DNA of 64,000 nt from Bacteroidota bacterium (GCA_024640255.1 JAHEFI010000047.1:16689-80688); one strand, 5' to 3'; positions 48,787 through 58,892 are shown, counted from the stretch's first letter. Notes: generated by a model not told the origin, from the sequence alone. Program-made: numbers and translations.

Positions 48787-50271
48787 TTATTTTCTGCTGT
48801 AGTTAGGCGCTTCTTTAGTGATATCAATATCATGTGCATGGCTCTCTCTCATACCAGCGTTGGTGATTTGAACAAAAGTGGCATTTTGTAAATCCTTGAT
48901 GGTTTTAGCACCACAATAACCCATACCTGCTTTTAATCCACCCACAAATTGATAAATGATTTCACTTAATGTTCCTTTATAAGCTACTCTTCCTTCAATT
49001 CCTTCTGGAACAAACTTTTTAGAATCGGTTGTATTGCCTTGGAAATATCTATCACCACTTCCTTCGTTCATGGCACCAATACTTCCCATACCTCTATAGC
49101 TCTTAAATTTACGACCTTCGTAAATAATGGTTTCACCTGGACTTTCTTCAGTACCAGCAAAAATGCTACCCATCATTACACAGTTGGCACCAGCCGCTAA
49201 AGCTTTTACCATATCTCCTGTATAACGAATACCACCATCAGCAATTACTGGAATGTTTTTTCCTTTCAAAGCTTTGGTAGCTTCCATGATAGCAGTTAAT
49301 TGAGGAACACCTGCACCTGCTACAATTCTAGTAGTACAAATAGATCCAGGTCCGATACCTACTTTAACTGCGTCTGCACCTGCATTCGCTAAAGCTAATG
49401 CACCCTGTGCTGTGGCAATATTACCTGCGATTACAGGTAGGTTTTTAAAATTCTTCTTTAATAATTTAAGTGCTTCAATTACACCTTTGCTATGACCATG
49501 TGCACTATCTAATGTAACAATATCTACGCCTACACTTTGTAAAGCGGCTGCTCTATCTAATACATCTTTAGTAATACCTAAAGCGGCACCTACTAATAAA
49601 CGACCAATTTTATCTTTCACTGCATTAGGGAAAGCACTTAATTGTAAAATATCTCTGTAAGTAATTAAGCCAATTAATTTTCCTTGCTTACTTACTACTG
49701 GTAATTTTTCAATTTTGTATTGGCGTAATATTTTTTCTGCTTTTCTTAAATCGGTTCCTTCAGGAGCAATGATTAAATTTTCTTTAGTCATTACTTCGCT
49801 CACTTTTCTTTTACGATCTGTTTCGAAACGTAAATCTCTGTTGGTTAAAATACCTACCAACTTATTATTCTTATCTACAATGGGAATACCACCAATTTTA
49901 TTTTCTTTCATTAAGTTCAATGCATCTCCAATAGTTGCATTTACTTCTAAAGTGATTGGGTCTACAATCATTCCACTCTCACTTCTTTTTACTTTACGAA
50001 CCTGCTCGGCTTGACGTTCGATACTCATGTTCTTATGCAAAATACCGATACCACCTTCGCGTGCTAAAGCGATGGCTAAGCTAGCTTCTGTAACTGTGTC
50101 CATTGCAGAAGACAAAACGGGAACATGTAATTTGATATTCTTGGTAAGCTGTGCGTGAATAGTCACATCTGAAGGAAGAATTTCAGAGTAAGCTGGCATT
50201 AACAATACATCATCGAATGTTAAGCCTTGACCAAAAATGCGGGAGTTGTTGGTAGAATTTCTTGTTGCCAT
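48787..50271 (-). CDS. guaB: IMP dehydrogenase
   Basis: [11 protein letters not shown] pair, [11 protein letters not shown] and YRGMGS motifs. Confidence 0.97.
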   Translation of the reverse strand: MATRNSTNNSRIFGQGLTFDDVLLMPAYSEILPSDVTIHAQLTKNIKLHVPVLSSAMDTVTEASLAIALAREGGIGILHKNMSIERQAEQVRKVKRSESGMIVDPITLEVNATIGDALNLMKENKIGGIPIVDKNNKLVGILTNRDLRFETDRKRKVSEVMTKENLIIAPEGTDLRKAEKILRQYKIEKLPVVSKQGKLIGLITYRDILQLSAFPNAVKDKIGRLLVGAALGITKDVLDRAAALQSVGVDIVTLDSAHGHSKGVIEALKLLKKNFKNLPVIAGNIATAQGALALANAGADAVKVGIGPGSICTTRIVAGAGVPQLTAIMEATKALKGKNIPVIADGGIRYTGDMVKALAAGANCVMMGSIFAGTEESPGETIIYEGRKFKSYRGMGSIGAMNEGSGDRYFQGNTTDSKKFVPEGIEGRVAYKGTLSEIIYQFVGGLKAGMGYCGAKTIKDLQNATFVQITNAGMRESHAHDIDITKEAPNYSRK

Positions 50272-50288
50272 AGGCAAAGATAGGGTTT

Positions 50289-51377
50289 TTAGTCAATTTT
50301 TCTGGCATATTGGTTGCCAGCCTGCCTTTCAATCACTCCATCTAATTCTAAATCAAGCAGTTTTGCGCCTAATAGATTCCGTTCCATACTAAAATGGGCA
50401 AGTATTTCTTCCTCCTGAACAGGGCTATGTATGTCTATGAATTCAACAATTTGTTTGGTGATTTCATCCCAGTAAAAGCTTAATTGATTACTAGGCTTTT
50501 TAATTTTTGGGATAGAAGGGACTGGCCATTGTAATGACTCCAATAAATGTATAGGGTCGTGGTATATGCTTGCAATATTATTTTTAATCAATGCTAAACA
50601 TCCTTTACTTTTTGGATCATGTATTTTGCCTGGGGCGGCAAATACTTCTCGATTGTATTTAAATGCTAAACCTGCAGTAATCATACTGCCTCCTTGGATA
50701 GCTGTTTCTACAACAATAGTTGCATCAGATAAACCCGCAACAATTCTATTTCTTTTGGGGAAGTGAAAATGTAAAGGAGAGGTTTGGCTACTGAATTCAG
50801 TGAACAAGCCACCGTTTTCTAGCATCGCAATGGCTAGTTTTCGATTTTGTGTTGGATAGATTTGATCTAGTCCATGACCCAATACTGCCCAAGTGGGTAA
50901 TTGAAAAGATAAAGCAGTTTGATGTGTAATGGTATCCACCCCTAATGCTAATCCACTAATGATACCAATATTCAAATGCTTGAATCCTTCCATTAATTCT
51001 TTGATAATAGTAAAAGCTTGTTTGGTGTGTGCCCTTGTGCCAACAATGCTTATTAAGTAGGGTAGTTGGAAATTGCCTTGTCCTTTATAGTAAAGAATAA
51101 TGGGCGCATCATCGCAATGTAATAATCTAGAAGGATATTGTGTATCTAGAATAGAAATGGCTTTGATTGAATGCTTGCTTATAAAATCAATTTCTTTTTT
51201 TGCAAGATCTATGGGCCAATGCAAACTATTCAAAGCTGGAAAAGATTTACAATAATCATGTACCTGTTTTGCAGATCCATGTTGGGTTAATAAATTTTTT
51301 TTATCTATATCACTTATTGGTTTTAGTTTGGATAAAGCAATAAGATAAAGTAGTTCTTCTTGTAGTTGATTTGACAT
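50289..51377 (-). CDS. dprA: DNA-processing protein DprA
   Basis: [27 protein letters not shown] and GGSMITA motifs. Confidence 0.93.
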   Translation of the reverse strand: MSNQLQEELLYLIALSKLKPISDIDKKNLLTQHGSAKQVHDYCKSFPALNSLHWPIDLAKKEIDFISKHSIKAISILDTQYPSRLLHCDDAPIILYYKGQGNFQLPYLISIVGTRAHTKQAFTIIKELMEGFKHLNIGIISGLALGVDTITHQTALSFQLPTWAVLGHGLDQIYPTQNRKLAIAMLENGGLFTEFSSQTSPLHFHFPKRNRIVAGLSDATIVVETAIQGGSMITAGLAFKYNREVFAAPGKIHDPKSKGCLALIKNNIASIYHDPIHLLESLQWPVPSIPKIKKPSNQLSFYWDEITKQIVEFIDIHSPVQEEEILAHFSMERNLLGAKLLDLELDGVIERQAGNQYARKID

Positions 51378-51425
51378 GAAGTAAATCTCTACAAATCAAG
51401 AATTGAATGCTAGCGTATAAATACC

Positions 51426-52952
51426 TTAAAAAATAATCTTGAAACTGGTTCTTCTATTAAGTGCTCTACCAGCTTCTGTATTATTAGAAGCAATAGGCAT
51501 TGTATCTCCGTAACCAATAGTACTAATTCTACTGGCTTCTACTTGATGATTGATTAACCATTGCTTAATAGCTTCGGCTCTTTTAGTAGATAGTAATTTA
51601 TTTTGTGCAGGATTACCCGTATTGTCCGTATGTCCTTCAATAAGAATTGTTGCTTTTTTATTTAATCTTAAAAATTGAGCAACACTATCTAATTCGGGTC
51701 CTGCATATTTGATTTGATCAGCATTGATATCAAATAAAACCGCATTGAAATTGGTTGTTTGATTCGCTAATACAGCAAAACTTGCAGAATCTTCTTTTAT
51801 AAAACCTCTGGTTTTTTCAGCTAAAACTACTTTGTAAATATCTAATCCGCCTTTTGTATCGGCTCTATCACTTGCCATAAAAGCGTCTTGACCATTACTT
51901 GCCACGCTAATGCTACCTTCATTATCATAAGTGTTGATTGGATAACCTAGATTAATGGGCTTGGTCCATTCGTCCGCTTTATTTTTTCTACTTACAAAAA
52001 TATCTGAACCACCAAAACCTGGCCAGCCATTAGAAGAAAAATACAAGGATTGATTGTCTGCATGAATAAAAGGAGATTGTTCGTCTGCAGGGGTATTAAT
52101 ATTGGGTCCTAAATTTTCTGCTTCTTCCCAATATCCTTTTTCGTTTTTATAACTTACATAAATATCAATACCACCATAGCCATCTGGTCGGTTACTACAA
52201 AAATATAATGCCTTTCCGTCGGGACTTATGCTTGGCGCACTCTCCCAAAAATCGGTATTAATATTTCGGCCTACATTTTTTGGGCTACTCCATCCTGAAT
52301 CAGTAGCTATTACTTTATAAATATCATACCTACCATAACCCATGCCAGGATACTCTGCAGCAAAATATAAAGTTTGTTGATCCTTACTCATACTCGCACT
52401 TCCTTTTTTTGCAGTATTATTTAAAGCGTCTTTCATTAATTGCGCTTTGGTAAATCCATCTTTATTTAAGTAGCTAATGTAAAAATCTTCTCTTTGCCAA
52501 TTGGCTCTTCGCATAAATAACAAACTACTATCTTGAAAATTGATACTAGGAAAATACTCTGCGTCTTTACTATTAATACTATCACCAGCATTTTGAATAT
52601 TAATTTCTTTTGCTAAAGGATATCTAATGGCAAAACTGCAAATTTGATAAAGCTTCTCTGCCTTTTCTTGTAAATAAGTAGGTAGTGCATTGCTGGCAAT
52701 CAAAGCTTGCAAATTAGTATAAGGTGTTTTATAATCACCTTTCATGGCATATAAGCTTAGGTACTTTACTAAAAAAGGTTTTGCTTCATTGCTATCTTCT
52801 ATCCATGCTTTATCAAAAGCATGAATGCCTTCCGTAATTTTTTTTTGTTCAAATGCTTCTTGAAAAACAGATAATTGAGAAAAAGCAGCATGACCCATGC
52901 TTAGAAAAAGCAAACTGAATAATAATATTGGCAATTTGCTTTTGAGCATCAT
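51426..52952 (-). CDS. PD40-repeat/OmpA-like peptidoglycan-binding protein (PorE-like)
   Basis: PSISPDG..LYF.S.R..G.GG.DIY repeats; IEGHTD..G and NRRT OmpA domain. Confidence 0.88.
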   Translation of the reverse strand: MMLKSKLPILLFSLLFLSMGHAAFSQLSVFQEAFEQKKITEGIHAFDKAWIEDSNEAKPFLVKYLSLYAMKGDYKTPYTNLQALIASNALPTYLQEKAEKLYQICSFAIRYPLAKEINIQNAGDSINSKDAEYFPSINFQDSSLLFMRRANWQREDFYISYLNKDGFTKAQLMKDALNNTAKKGSASMSKDQQTLYFAAEYPGMGYGRYDIYKVIATDSGWSSPKNVGRNINTDFWESAPSISPDGKALYFCSNRPDGYGGIDIYVSYKNEKGYWEEAENLGPNINTPADEQSPFIHADNQSLYFSSNGWPGFGGSDIFVSRKNKADEWTKPINLGYPINTYDNEGSISVASNGQDAFMASDRADTKGGLDIYKVVLAEKTRGFIKEDSASFAVLANQTTNFNAVLFDINADQIKYAGPELDSVAQFLRLNKKATILIEGHTDNTGNPAQNKLLSTKRAEAIKQWLINHQVEASRISTIGYGDTMPIASNNTEAGRALNRRTSFKIIF

Positions 52953-53560
52953 TAAGGTACTTGAATATACTTATGCAATTGCGCACTTAATTCCCACTGA
53001 GGATGGTCTTTAATATAGTCAATCACCAAAGGAGTGATTTGTGCAGACTTATCCCACTCTGGTTGTAAATATAATTTGCAAGAAGGGCTTACTTGTTTTG
53101 CATAAGTTTCAGCCCATTCAAAATCGTGTTTATTAAATATCACTACTTTTAATTCAGAGGACAATGCAATATTTTCTTCTAGTGGTGCTTTGAATTTTTT
53201 AGGTGACAAACAAATCCAATCCCAATTTCCAGACATAGGACTAGATCCAGAAGTCTCTATATTGGTTTCAAATCCTGCTTCTTGTAAAGCAGTAGTTAAA
53301 GTATCTAGATTATATAATAAGGGTTCGCCACCAGTTACAATCGCTAATCTTCCCGGGTGGGCTTTAGCCGCATTTACTATTTCTTCTATAGTTAAAACTG
53401 GATGTTTACTTGCATCCCAACTTTCTTTTACATCGCACCAAACACAACCCACATCACAACCAGCTAGTCTAATAAAAAACGCAGCACGGCCCTGATGAAA
53501 ACCTTCACCTTGTAAAGAGTAAAACATTTCCATTACTGGATAAGAAGTAGTTTGGCTCAA
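52952..53560 (-). CDS. queE: 7-carboxy-7-deazaguanine synthase (radical SAM)
   Basis: FYSLQGEG, CDVGCVWCD, TGGEP, ETSG and SPK motifs; TTG start. Confidence 0.93.
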   Translation of the reverse strand: MSQTTSYPVMEMFYSLQGEGFHQGRAAFFIRLAGCDVGCVWCDVKESWDASKHPVLTIEEIVNAAKAHPGRLAIVTGGEPLLYNLDTLTTALQEAGFETNIETSGSSPMSGNWDWICLSPKKFKAPLEENIALSSELKVVIFNKHDFEWAETYAKQVSPSCKLYLQPEWDKSAQITPLVIDYIKDHPQWELSAQLHKYIQVP

Positions 53561-53578
53561 AATAGTTGAATATAAATT

Positions 53579-54457
53579 TTATAAACCTTGGTAGGCTTTC
53601 ATCGTATTTTTTAATAAGGCAGCAATGGTCATTAAACCTACTCCGCCTGGCACTGGTGTAATAGCACTTGCTACTTCACTAGCAGAAGCATAATGTACAT
53701 CACCTTTAATCCTAAAACCTTTTTTAGCAGTTTCATCTGCTACTCTAGTGATGCCTACATCTATCACAGTAGCCCCTGGCTTAATCATTTCTCCAGTAAT
53801 AAATTCTGGAATACCCACCGCTACTACTACTATATCTGCATTCTTGCATGCTGCAATTAAATCTTCTTTGGGAGTGTATCTATGACAACAAGTTACTGTT
53901 GCGTTTCCTTGTGGTTGATCTGCACTTAATAAAACACTCATTGGCCTTCCAACAATATTACTTCTTCCAATCACCACAGCATTTTTTCCTTTAGTAGGAA
54001 TATTAAAATGCTCCAACATTAATAACACGCCATAAGGAGTTGCTGGAATAAAAGAATTTAATCCTTGCACCAATCTTCCCACATTTGAAGGATGAAATCC
54101 ATCCACATCTTTATTAGGGTGAATGGCTTCGATTACTTTAGCGTCGTCTATATGTTTAGGTAAAGGCAATTGAACTAAAATGCCATCTACATTATTGTCT
54201 TTATTTAATTCCTCAATTTTTGCTAATAATTCTTGTTCAGAAACGCTCTCTTCGAATCTATATAAGGAAGAACCAAAACCAGTCTCTTCACAATTCTTTA
54301 CTTTGCTCGCAACATAGGTTTCACTCGCACCATTATTGCCCACTAAAATGGCTGCCAAATGTGGTGTTCTTTTACCTGCAGCTTTTAATGCAGTGGTTTG
54401 TTCTAATAAGCTTGCTTTTACAGCTGCGGAGGCGATTTTCCCATCTAATACTAACAT
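53579..54457 (-). CDS. folD: Methylene-THF dehydrogenase/cyclohydrolase
   Basis: VQLPLP, KDVDGFHP, GRSNIVGRP and TPVPGGVG motifs. Confidence 0.97.
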   Translation of the reverse strand: MLVLDGKIASAAVKASLLEQTTALKAAGKRTPHLAAILVGNNGASETYVASKVKNCEETGFGSSLYRFEESVSEQELLAKIEELNKDNNVDGILVQLPLPKHIDDAKVIEAIHPNKDVDGFHPSNVGRLVQGLNSFIPATPYGVLLMLEHFNIPTKGKNAVVIGRSNIVGRPMSVLLSADQPQGNATVTCCHRYTPKEDLIAACKNADIVVVAVGIPEFITGEMIKPGATVIDVGITRVADETAKKGFRIKGDVHYASASEVASAITPVPGGVGLMTIAALLKNTMKAYQGL

Positions 54458-54518
54458 GGGGCAAATTTAGTTTATTTTAAGATTGGTTCCGAGTATCTTT
54501 GTTACCATAATTTAAAAT

Positions 54519-54827
54519 ATGGAACAACAACCCAATCAGCCCTTAAATATTGAGATTAGCGAAGAAATCGCGGAAGGTACTTATGCTAATTTGGCAATTA
54601 TCACCCATAGCAATGCAGAATTTGTAGTGGATTTTGTAAACGTAATGCCAGGCACTCCAAAAAGTAAGGTAAAATCTAGAGTGATTTTAACACCTATGCA
54701 TGCCAAACGTTTTATGAAAGCCATGGTGGATAATATCGAAAAATTTGAAGCAGCGAATGGTCCAATAGGTGACATGGAAGCCATAGAAATTCCTATGAAT
54801 TTTGGTGGACCAACAGCTCAGGCATAG
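54519..54827 (+). CDS. DUF3467 family protein
   Basis: EGTYANLAIITHS..EFVVDF and SRVILTP.HAKR motifs. Confidence 0.88.
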   Translation: MEQQPNQPLNIEISEEIAEGTYANLAIITHSNAEFVVDFVNVMPGTPKSKVKSRVILTPMHAKRFMKAMVDNIEKFEAANGPIGDMEAIEIPMNFGGPTAQA

Positions 54828-54828
54828 T

Positions 54829-55518
54829 CTACCAATTAGCAGCTTGTTCTGCATAACTATAATATCCCTCGGTGCTTACTATAATATGATCTACTAATTG
54901 CAGATCAAAAACCTGGGCACCTTTTTTTACTTTCTCCGTTAAACGGTCATCCATACTACTGGGTCTTAACTGCCCACTTGGATGGTTATGGCAAATAATT
55001 AGTCCGGTAGCGCTATGTGCTAAAGCAGTTTTAAAAATAATTCTTGGATCAGCAATGGTGCCCGTAATGCCTCCTTCGCTTAGTACTTCTTCATGAATAA
55101 TTTTATGTGCTTGATTTAATAATAGAATCATAAAATATTCTTTGGGTTCATACTGCAAACTATTTCTAAGATATTGTACCACATCCGTACTTTGGGTGAT
55201 GGGTGTTTTAGGATACCGTGTTTCCAATCTTCTTGAACCTAGTTCGATAGCTGCTAAAATGCGCACAGCTTTTACTTTACCAATACCCTTAATTTGCAAA
55301 TTCAAAATATCTTTTAAAGTAAAACCTGCCAATTTTTTAAAATTATGTTGGGTACTTGCTAATAAGGTTCGGGCCATGTCAATGGCATTTTGGTTGGCCG
55401 TTCCGTGTTGTAATATAATAGCTAGTAATTCGGCCGTACTTAAATGTTTGGCTCCCTTGGTATATAATTTATAGATGGGCTGATCTTCTACTGCCCAATT
55501 TTTGATAGAATCCTGCAT
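54829..55518 (-). CDS. radC: RadC/JAB-domain protein (full-length, with HhH)
   Basis: IKNWA.ED.P, ELLAI, GIGKVKA, HNHPSG and DHII motifs; ATG at 55518. Confidence 0.92.
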   Translation of the reverse strand: MQDSIKNWAVEDQPIYKLYTKGAKHLSTAELLAIILQHGTANQNAIDMARTLLASTQHNFKKLAGFTLKDILNLQIKGIGKVKAVRILAAIELGSRRLETRYPKTPITQSTDVVQYLRNSLQYEPKEYFMILLLNQAHKIIHEEVLSEGGITGTIADPRIIFKTALAHSATGLIICHNHPSGQLRPSSMDDRLTEKVKKGAQVFDLQLVDHIIVSTEGYYSYAEQAANW

Positions 55519-55687
55519 GCTTATGTTGTTTATAACAAAAATCCAAGAAACGGACATTTAAATGTTGGGTATTAATACGCTAAAAACGGATCATATGTGT
55601 ATAAGTCGACTACTTGTTGAAAAGTAGCCCTTTTATTATTTAATTCTTTTTATGCTTCTCTTTAACTTTGACGCAATACACTACTCC

Positions 55688-56641
55688 ATGAACCCTTCAG
55701 TTAAAATATTTGCAGGCACTGGATCAACCGCCTTGGCAGAAAAAATTGCGCAAAGATTTGGCGCCCCCATTGGTAAAATCAATATTCAAAAATTTAGTGA
55801 TGGTGAATTCCAGCCTGTGTTTTTGGAAAGTATCCGTGGCGATTATGTTTTTTTAGTACAAAGTACTTATGCGCCTACAGATAATTTGATGGAGTTATTA
55901 TTAATGATTGATGCTGCAAAAAGAGCAAGTGCTTATAAAATTATTGCAGTGCTTCCTTATTATGGTTTTGCGCGTCAAGATAGAAAAGACAAGCCACGTG
56001 TGGCGATAGGTGCAAAATTGATCGCTTCTTTATTAGAAACTGCTGGTGCCAACAGAGTAATCACTATGGATTTACACGCTGCACAGATTCAAGGTTTCTT
56101 TGATGTGCCAGTGGATCACTTAGATAGCTCAGCAGTATTTATTCCTTATATCGAATCTTTAAAATTAGAGAACCTTTGTTTTGCTGCTCCAGATGTGGGC
56201 AGCACCAATAGAGTTCGTGAAGTAGCTAACTACTTTAATGCCGAGATGGTAATTTGTGATAAGCACCGTAAGCGAGCTAACGAGATTGCAAGCATGGTGG
56301 TGATTGGAGATGTAACTGGTAAAGACATTGTATTAGTAGATGATATCTGCGATACAGGTGGCACTTTGGTAAAAGCGGCTTCTTTATTAAAAGAGAAAGG
56401 TGCTAGAACTGTTCGTGCTTTAATTACACATCCAGTATTAAGCGGAAAAGCCTACGAAACCATTGAAAATTCCATTTTAGAAGAATTAGTGGTATGTGAT
56501 ACTATTCCATTAAGACAGCCCTCTTCAAAGATTAAGGTAATTACGGTAGCAGATCTATTTGCCATTGCTATCAGAAATGCCTATGAAAATAAGAGTATTA
56601 CTAGCTTATTTGTGCATTCTCAATTGAAGGCAAGAGGTTAA
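55688..56641 (+). CDS. prs: Ribose-phosphate pyrophosphokinase
   Basis: FSDGE, YGFARQDRK, DLHAAQIQGFF and VDDICDTGGT motifs; TAACTTTG box at 55663-55670. Confidence 0.97.
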   Translation: MNPSVKIFAGTGSTALAEKIAQRFGAPIGKINIQKFSDGEFQPVFLESIRGDYVFLVQSTYAPTDNLMELLLMIDAAKRASAYKIIAVLPYYGFARQDRKDKPRVAIGAKLIASLLETAGANRVITMDLHAAQIQGFFDVPVDHLDSSAVFIPYIESLKLENLCFAAPDVGSTNRVREVANYFNAEMVICDKHRKRANEIASMVVIGDVTGKDIVLVDDICDTGGTLVKAASLLKEKGARTVRALITHPVLSGKAYETIENSILEELVVCDTIPLRQPSSKIKVITVADLFAIAIRNAYENKSITSLFVHSQLKARG

Positions 56642-56662
56642 TAATCAATAACTTATAGAATT

Positions 56663-56692
56663 AAAAGGAGAGACTTTGGTTTCTCCTTTTTT
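56663..56692 (+). terminator. Intrinsic terminator after prs
   Basis: AAAAGGAGAGAC-TTTG-GTTTCTCCTTTTTT. Confidence 0.85.
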
Positions 56693-56776
56693 ATTACTTA
56701 TCTTCGCGCTCCATTATTGAGAACGAATAATGGGTGTGGCGAATGTCACATCTTACAAAAGAAAAAAATTAGAAAC

Positions 56777-57367
56777 ATGAAAACAGTTACAATCGAAGGA
56801 CACTTGAGGACCGAAGCTGGCAAAAAAGCCGCCCGCCAACTACGCTCTCAGGAAAACGTGCCAGGTGTAATTTACGGGGGTGCTCAGGAAGTAAATTTTT
56901 ACGCTCCTGCAAAGGCATTTAAGTCTTTAGTGTACACAAGTGAATTCCAGTTAGCAGAAGTTAAAATTGACGGAAAAGTGTACAAGTGTATTTTGAAAGA
57001 TTTACAATTTGACAAAGTATCAGATGCATTAATTCACGTTGACTTATTAGAATTAGTGGCAGACAAAAAAGTAGTAGCTACTTTACCTTTAAAATTAGTG
57101 GGTTCTTCTGCAGGTGTTAAAGCCGGTGGTAAGTTAATCTCTAAAGTAAAGTCTGTAAAAGTAAAAGCTTTACCAAAAGATTTGAAAGAGTTTATCGAAT
57201 TAGATATTACTAATTTAGAATTGAATGGTAACTTAAGAATCGAAGATATCAAGACTCCAAACATGGAGATCATGAACTCTCCTCGTATTCCAGTTGCTTC
57301 AGTTGTAATGACTCGTCAATTGAAGCAAGAAGAGTCAGCTGCTGATAAAGCTGCTCCAAAAAAATAA
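56777..57367 (+). CDS. rplY: 50S ribosomal protein bL25/Ctc
   Basis: GKKAARQLR..VPGVIYG, LQFD.V...IHVD and GVKAGG motifs; ATG at 56777. Confidence 0.95.
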   Translation: MKTVTIEGHLRTEAGKKAARQLRSQENVPGVIYGGAQEVNFYAPAKAFKSLVYTSEFQLAEVKIDGKVYKCILKDLQFDKVSDALIHVDLLELVADKKVVATLPLKLVGSSAGVKAGGKLISKVKSVKVKALPKDLKEFIELDITNLELNGNLRIEDIKTPNMEIMNSPRIPVASVVMTRQLKQEESAADKAAPKK

Positions 57368-57385
57368 TTCAATCCAATTGAATAT

Positions 57386-57422
57386 AAAAACCCCTTCCCG
57401 AAACGGAGGGGGTTTTCTTTTT
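57386..57422 (+). terminator. Intrinsic terminator after rplY
   Basis: AAAACCCCTTCC-cgaaac-GGAGGGGGTTTT followed by T-rich sequence. Confidence 0.85.
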
Positions 57423-57449
57423 AACTACTTTTGATAAGAATAATTAATC

Positions 57450-58031
57450 ATGTCTAAATTTTTACTCATAGGGCTAGGAAATATTGGTGCAGAGTATGCA
57501 CACACAAGGCATAATATTGGCTTTGATGTGCTAGATGCATTTGTAATAAAGCATGGTGGGTTTTTTAAGATGGATAGATTAGCAGAAGTAGCCGAAGTAA
57601 AATGGAAGGGTAAAACCTTTGTATGTATTAAGCCAACTACTTTTATGAATTTAAGTGGAAAGGCATTTAAGTATTGGATGGATAAAGAAAAAGTAGCCTT
57701 GGAAAATACCTTAACTATTGTGGATGATTTAGCACTGCCAATTAATAAATTAAGATTAAGGGCTTCTGGTTCGGATGCTGGACACAATGGATTAAAAGAT
57801 ATTCAATTAACATTAGGAACAGATGCTTATCCGAAATTAAGATTTGGTATAGGTAATAATTTTGCCAAAGGACAACAAGTAGATTTTGTATTAGGTAAGT
57901 GGGCACAGGACGAAAGAAAAACCATTGATCTAAAAATTAAACATTCTGTAGAAGTGATAGAATCATTTGCAGCTATTGGATTATCAAGAACCATGACCAT
58001 GGCAAATGCATTAGATATTAAACCTGAATAA
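57450..58031 (+). CDS. pth: Peptidyl-tRNA hydrolase
   Basis: GLGN, TRHNIGF, KPTTFMNLSG and GHNGLKDI motifs. Confidence 0.97.
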   Translation: MSKFLLIGLGNIGAEYAHTRHNIGFDVLDAFVIKHGGFFKMDRLAEVAEVKWKGKTFVCIKPTTFMNLSGKAFKYWMDKEKVALENTLTIVDDLALPINKLRLRASGSDAGHNGLKDIQLTLGTDAYPKLRFGIGNNFAKGQQVDFVLGKWAQDERKTIDLKIKHSVEVIESFAAIGLSRTMTMANALDIKPE

Positions 58032-58040
58032 ATTATTGTT

Positions 58041-58655
58041 ATGAGTATATATTGTATTGGAAGAAACTATGTGGCGCATGCAAAAGAGTTGGGTAATGAA
58101 GTGCCTACCTCTCCAGTGATTTTCATGAAGCCCTCAACTGCCTTATTAAATAAGGGAGAGCAATTAACTATTCCGAGTTTTACAAAGGATTTGCATTACG
58201 AAGCAGAGTTGGTATTAAGAGTAAACAAAGTTGCAAAGAAGGTAAAGAATGCTAATGTGATGGATTATTGTGATGCGATATCCGTAGGCATAGATTTTAC
58301 TGCAAGAGATGTACAAAACGATTTAAAAGCAAAAGGACTTCCTTGGGAGAAAGCAAAAGCATTTGATGATTCTGCAGTGATAGGAGAGTGGATACCATTA
58401 ACAGAAGATATGTTTGAAAATCCTTTTCATTATAGCATGACACAAAATGGCAATACAGTACAAGAAGGAGACTCTTCTTTAATGATCTATGGATTACCTC
58501 AAATTATAGAAAGCATCACAGAATTCTTTACCCTTTACCCAGATGACCTTATTTATACTGGCACCCCTGCTGGTGTTGGTCCAACACATAAGGGAGATGT
58601 ATTTGAGGGCTTTTTTGAGGGAAAATCCGTTTTTAAGCTTCAAGTGAACCCTTAA
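58041..58655 (+). CDS. Fumarylacetoacetate hydrolase family protein
   Basis: CIGRNY..H..EL, HYEAEL, DFTARD.Q and TGTPAGVG motifs. Confidence 0.93.
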   Translation: MSIYCIGRNYVAHAKELGNEVPTSPVIFMKPSTALLNKGEQLTIPSFTKDLHYEAELVLRVNKVAKKVKNANVMDYCDAISVGIDFTARDVQNDLKAKGLPWEKAKAFDDSAVIGEWIPLTEDMFENPFHYSMTQNGNTVQEGDSSLMIYGLPQIIESITEFFTLYPDDLIYTGTPAGVGPTHKGDVFEGFFEGKSVFKLQVNP

Positions 58656-58672
58656 TTATCAATTTTTTATCC

Positions 58673-58680
58673 TAAATTTG
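58673..58680 (+). promoter_or_regulatory. -7 box of the tRNA promoter
   Basis: TAAATTTG, 33 nt upstream of the tRNA 5' end. Confidence 0.6.
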
Positions 58681-58713
58681 CCACCCCTAAAAGGGCATAA
58701 CCAATAGGAATTA

Positions 58714-58787
58714 GGCGAGGTAGCTCAGTTGGTTAGAGCACAGGATTCATAACCCTGAGGTCTCGGGTTCAAATCCCGATCTCGCTA
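58714..58787 (+). tRNA. tRNA-Met (CAT), elongator type; CCA not encoded
   Basis: Acceptor stem GGCGAGG/TCTCGCT, D-arm AGCTCAGTTGGTTAGAGC, anticodon arm CAGGA-TTCATAA-CCCTG, T-loop GGTTCAAATCC. Confidence 0.95.
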
Positions 58788-58805
58788 CACTGGAAAGTGT
58801 TGAAA

Positions 58806-58839
58806 ACAAAGGACTTACGATTTAAAGTAAGTCCTTTGT
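58806..58839. terminator. 13-bp perfect inverted repeat after the tRNA (terminator and/or att-associated hairpin)
   Basis: ACAAAGGACTTAC-gatttaaa-GTAAGTCCTTTGT. Confidence 0.7.
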
Positions 58840-58856
58840 CGTTTGTGCCATTGTCT

Positions 58857-58892
58857 TGAGTGAGGAAATGAGTGAGGAAATGAGTGAGGAAT
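58857..58892. repeat. Three tandem 12-bp direct repeats TGAGTGAGGAA(A/T)
   Basis: Copies at 58857-58868, 58869-58880 and 58881-58892. Confidence 0.95.

Noticed and set aside
54829-55518. radC as a marker of a mobile element
   Set aside because: It is the full-length HhH plus JAB chromosomal form, embedded among core genes (folD, prs).
58714-58787. tRNA(CAT) as initiator fMet or Ile2
   Set aside because: It lacks the C1:A72 mismatch and the three consecutive G:C anticodon-stem pairs of initiators. The sequence resembles Bacteroidota elongator Met. Ile2 is less likely but needs tRNAscan-SE to exclude.
58857-58892. Tandem repeats as a mini-CRISPR
   Set aside because: Units are 12 bp and directly abutting, with no spacers and no cas genes.
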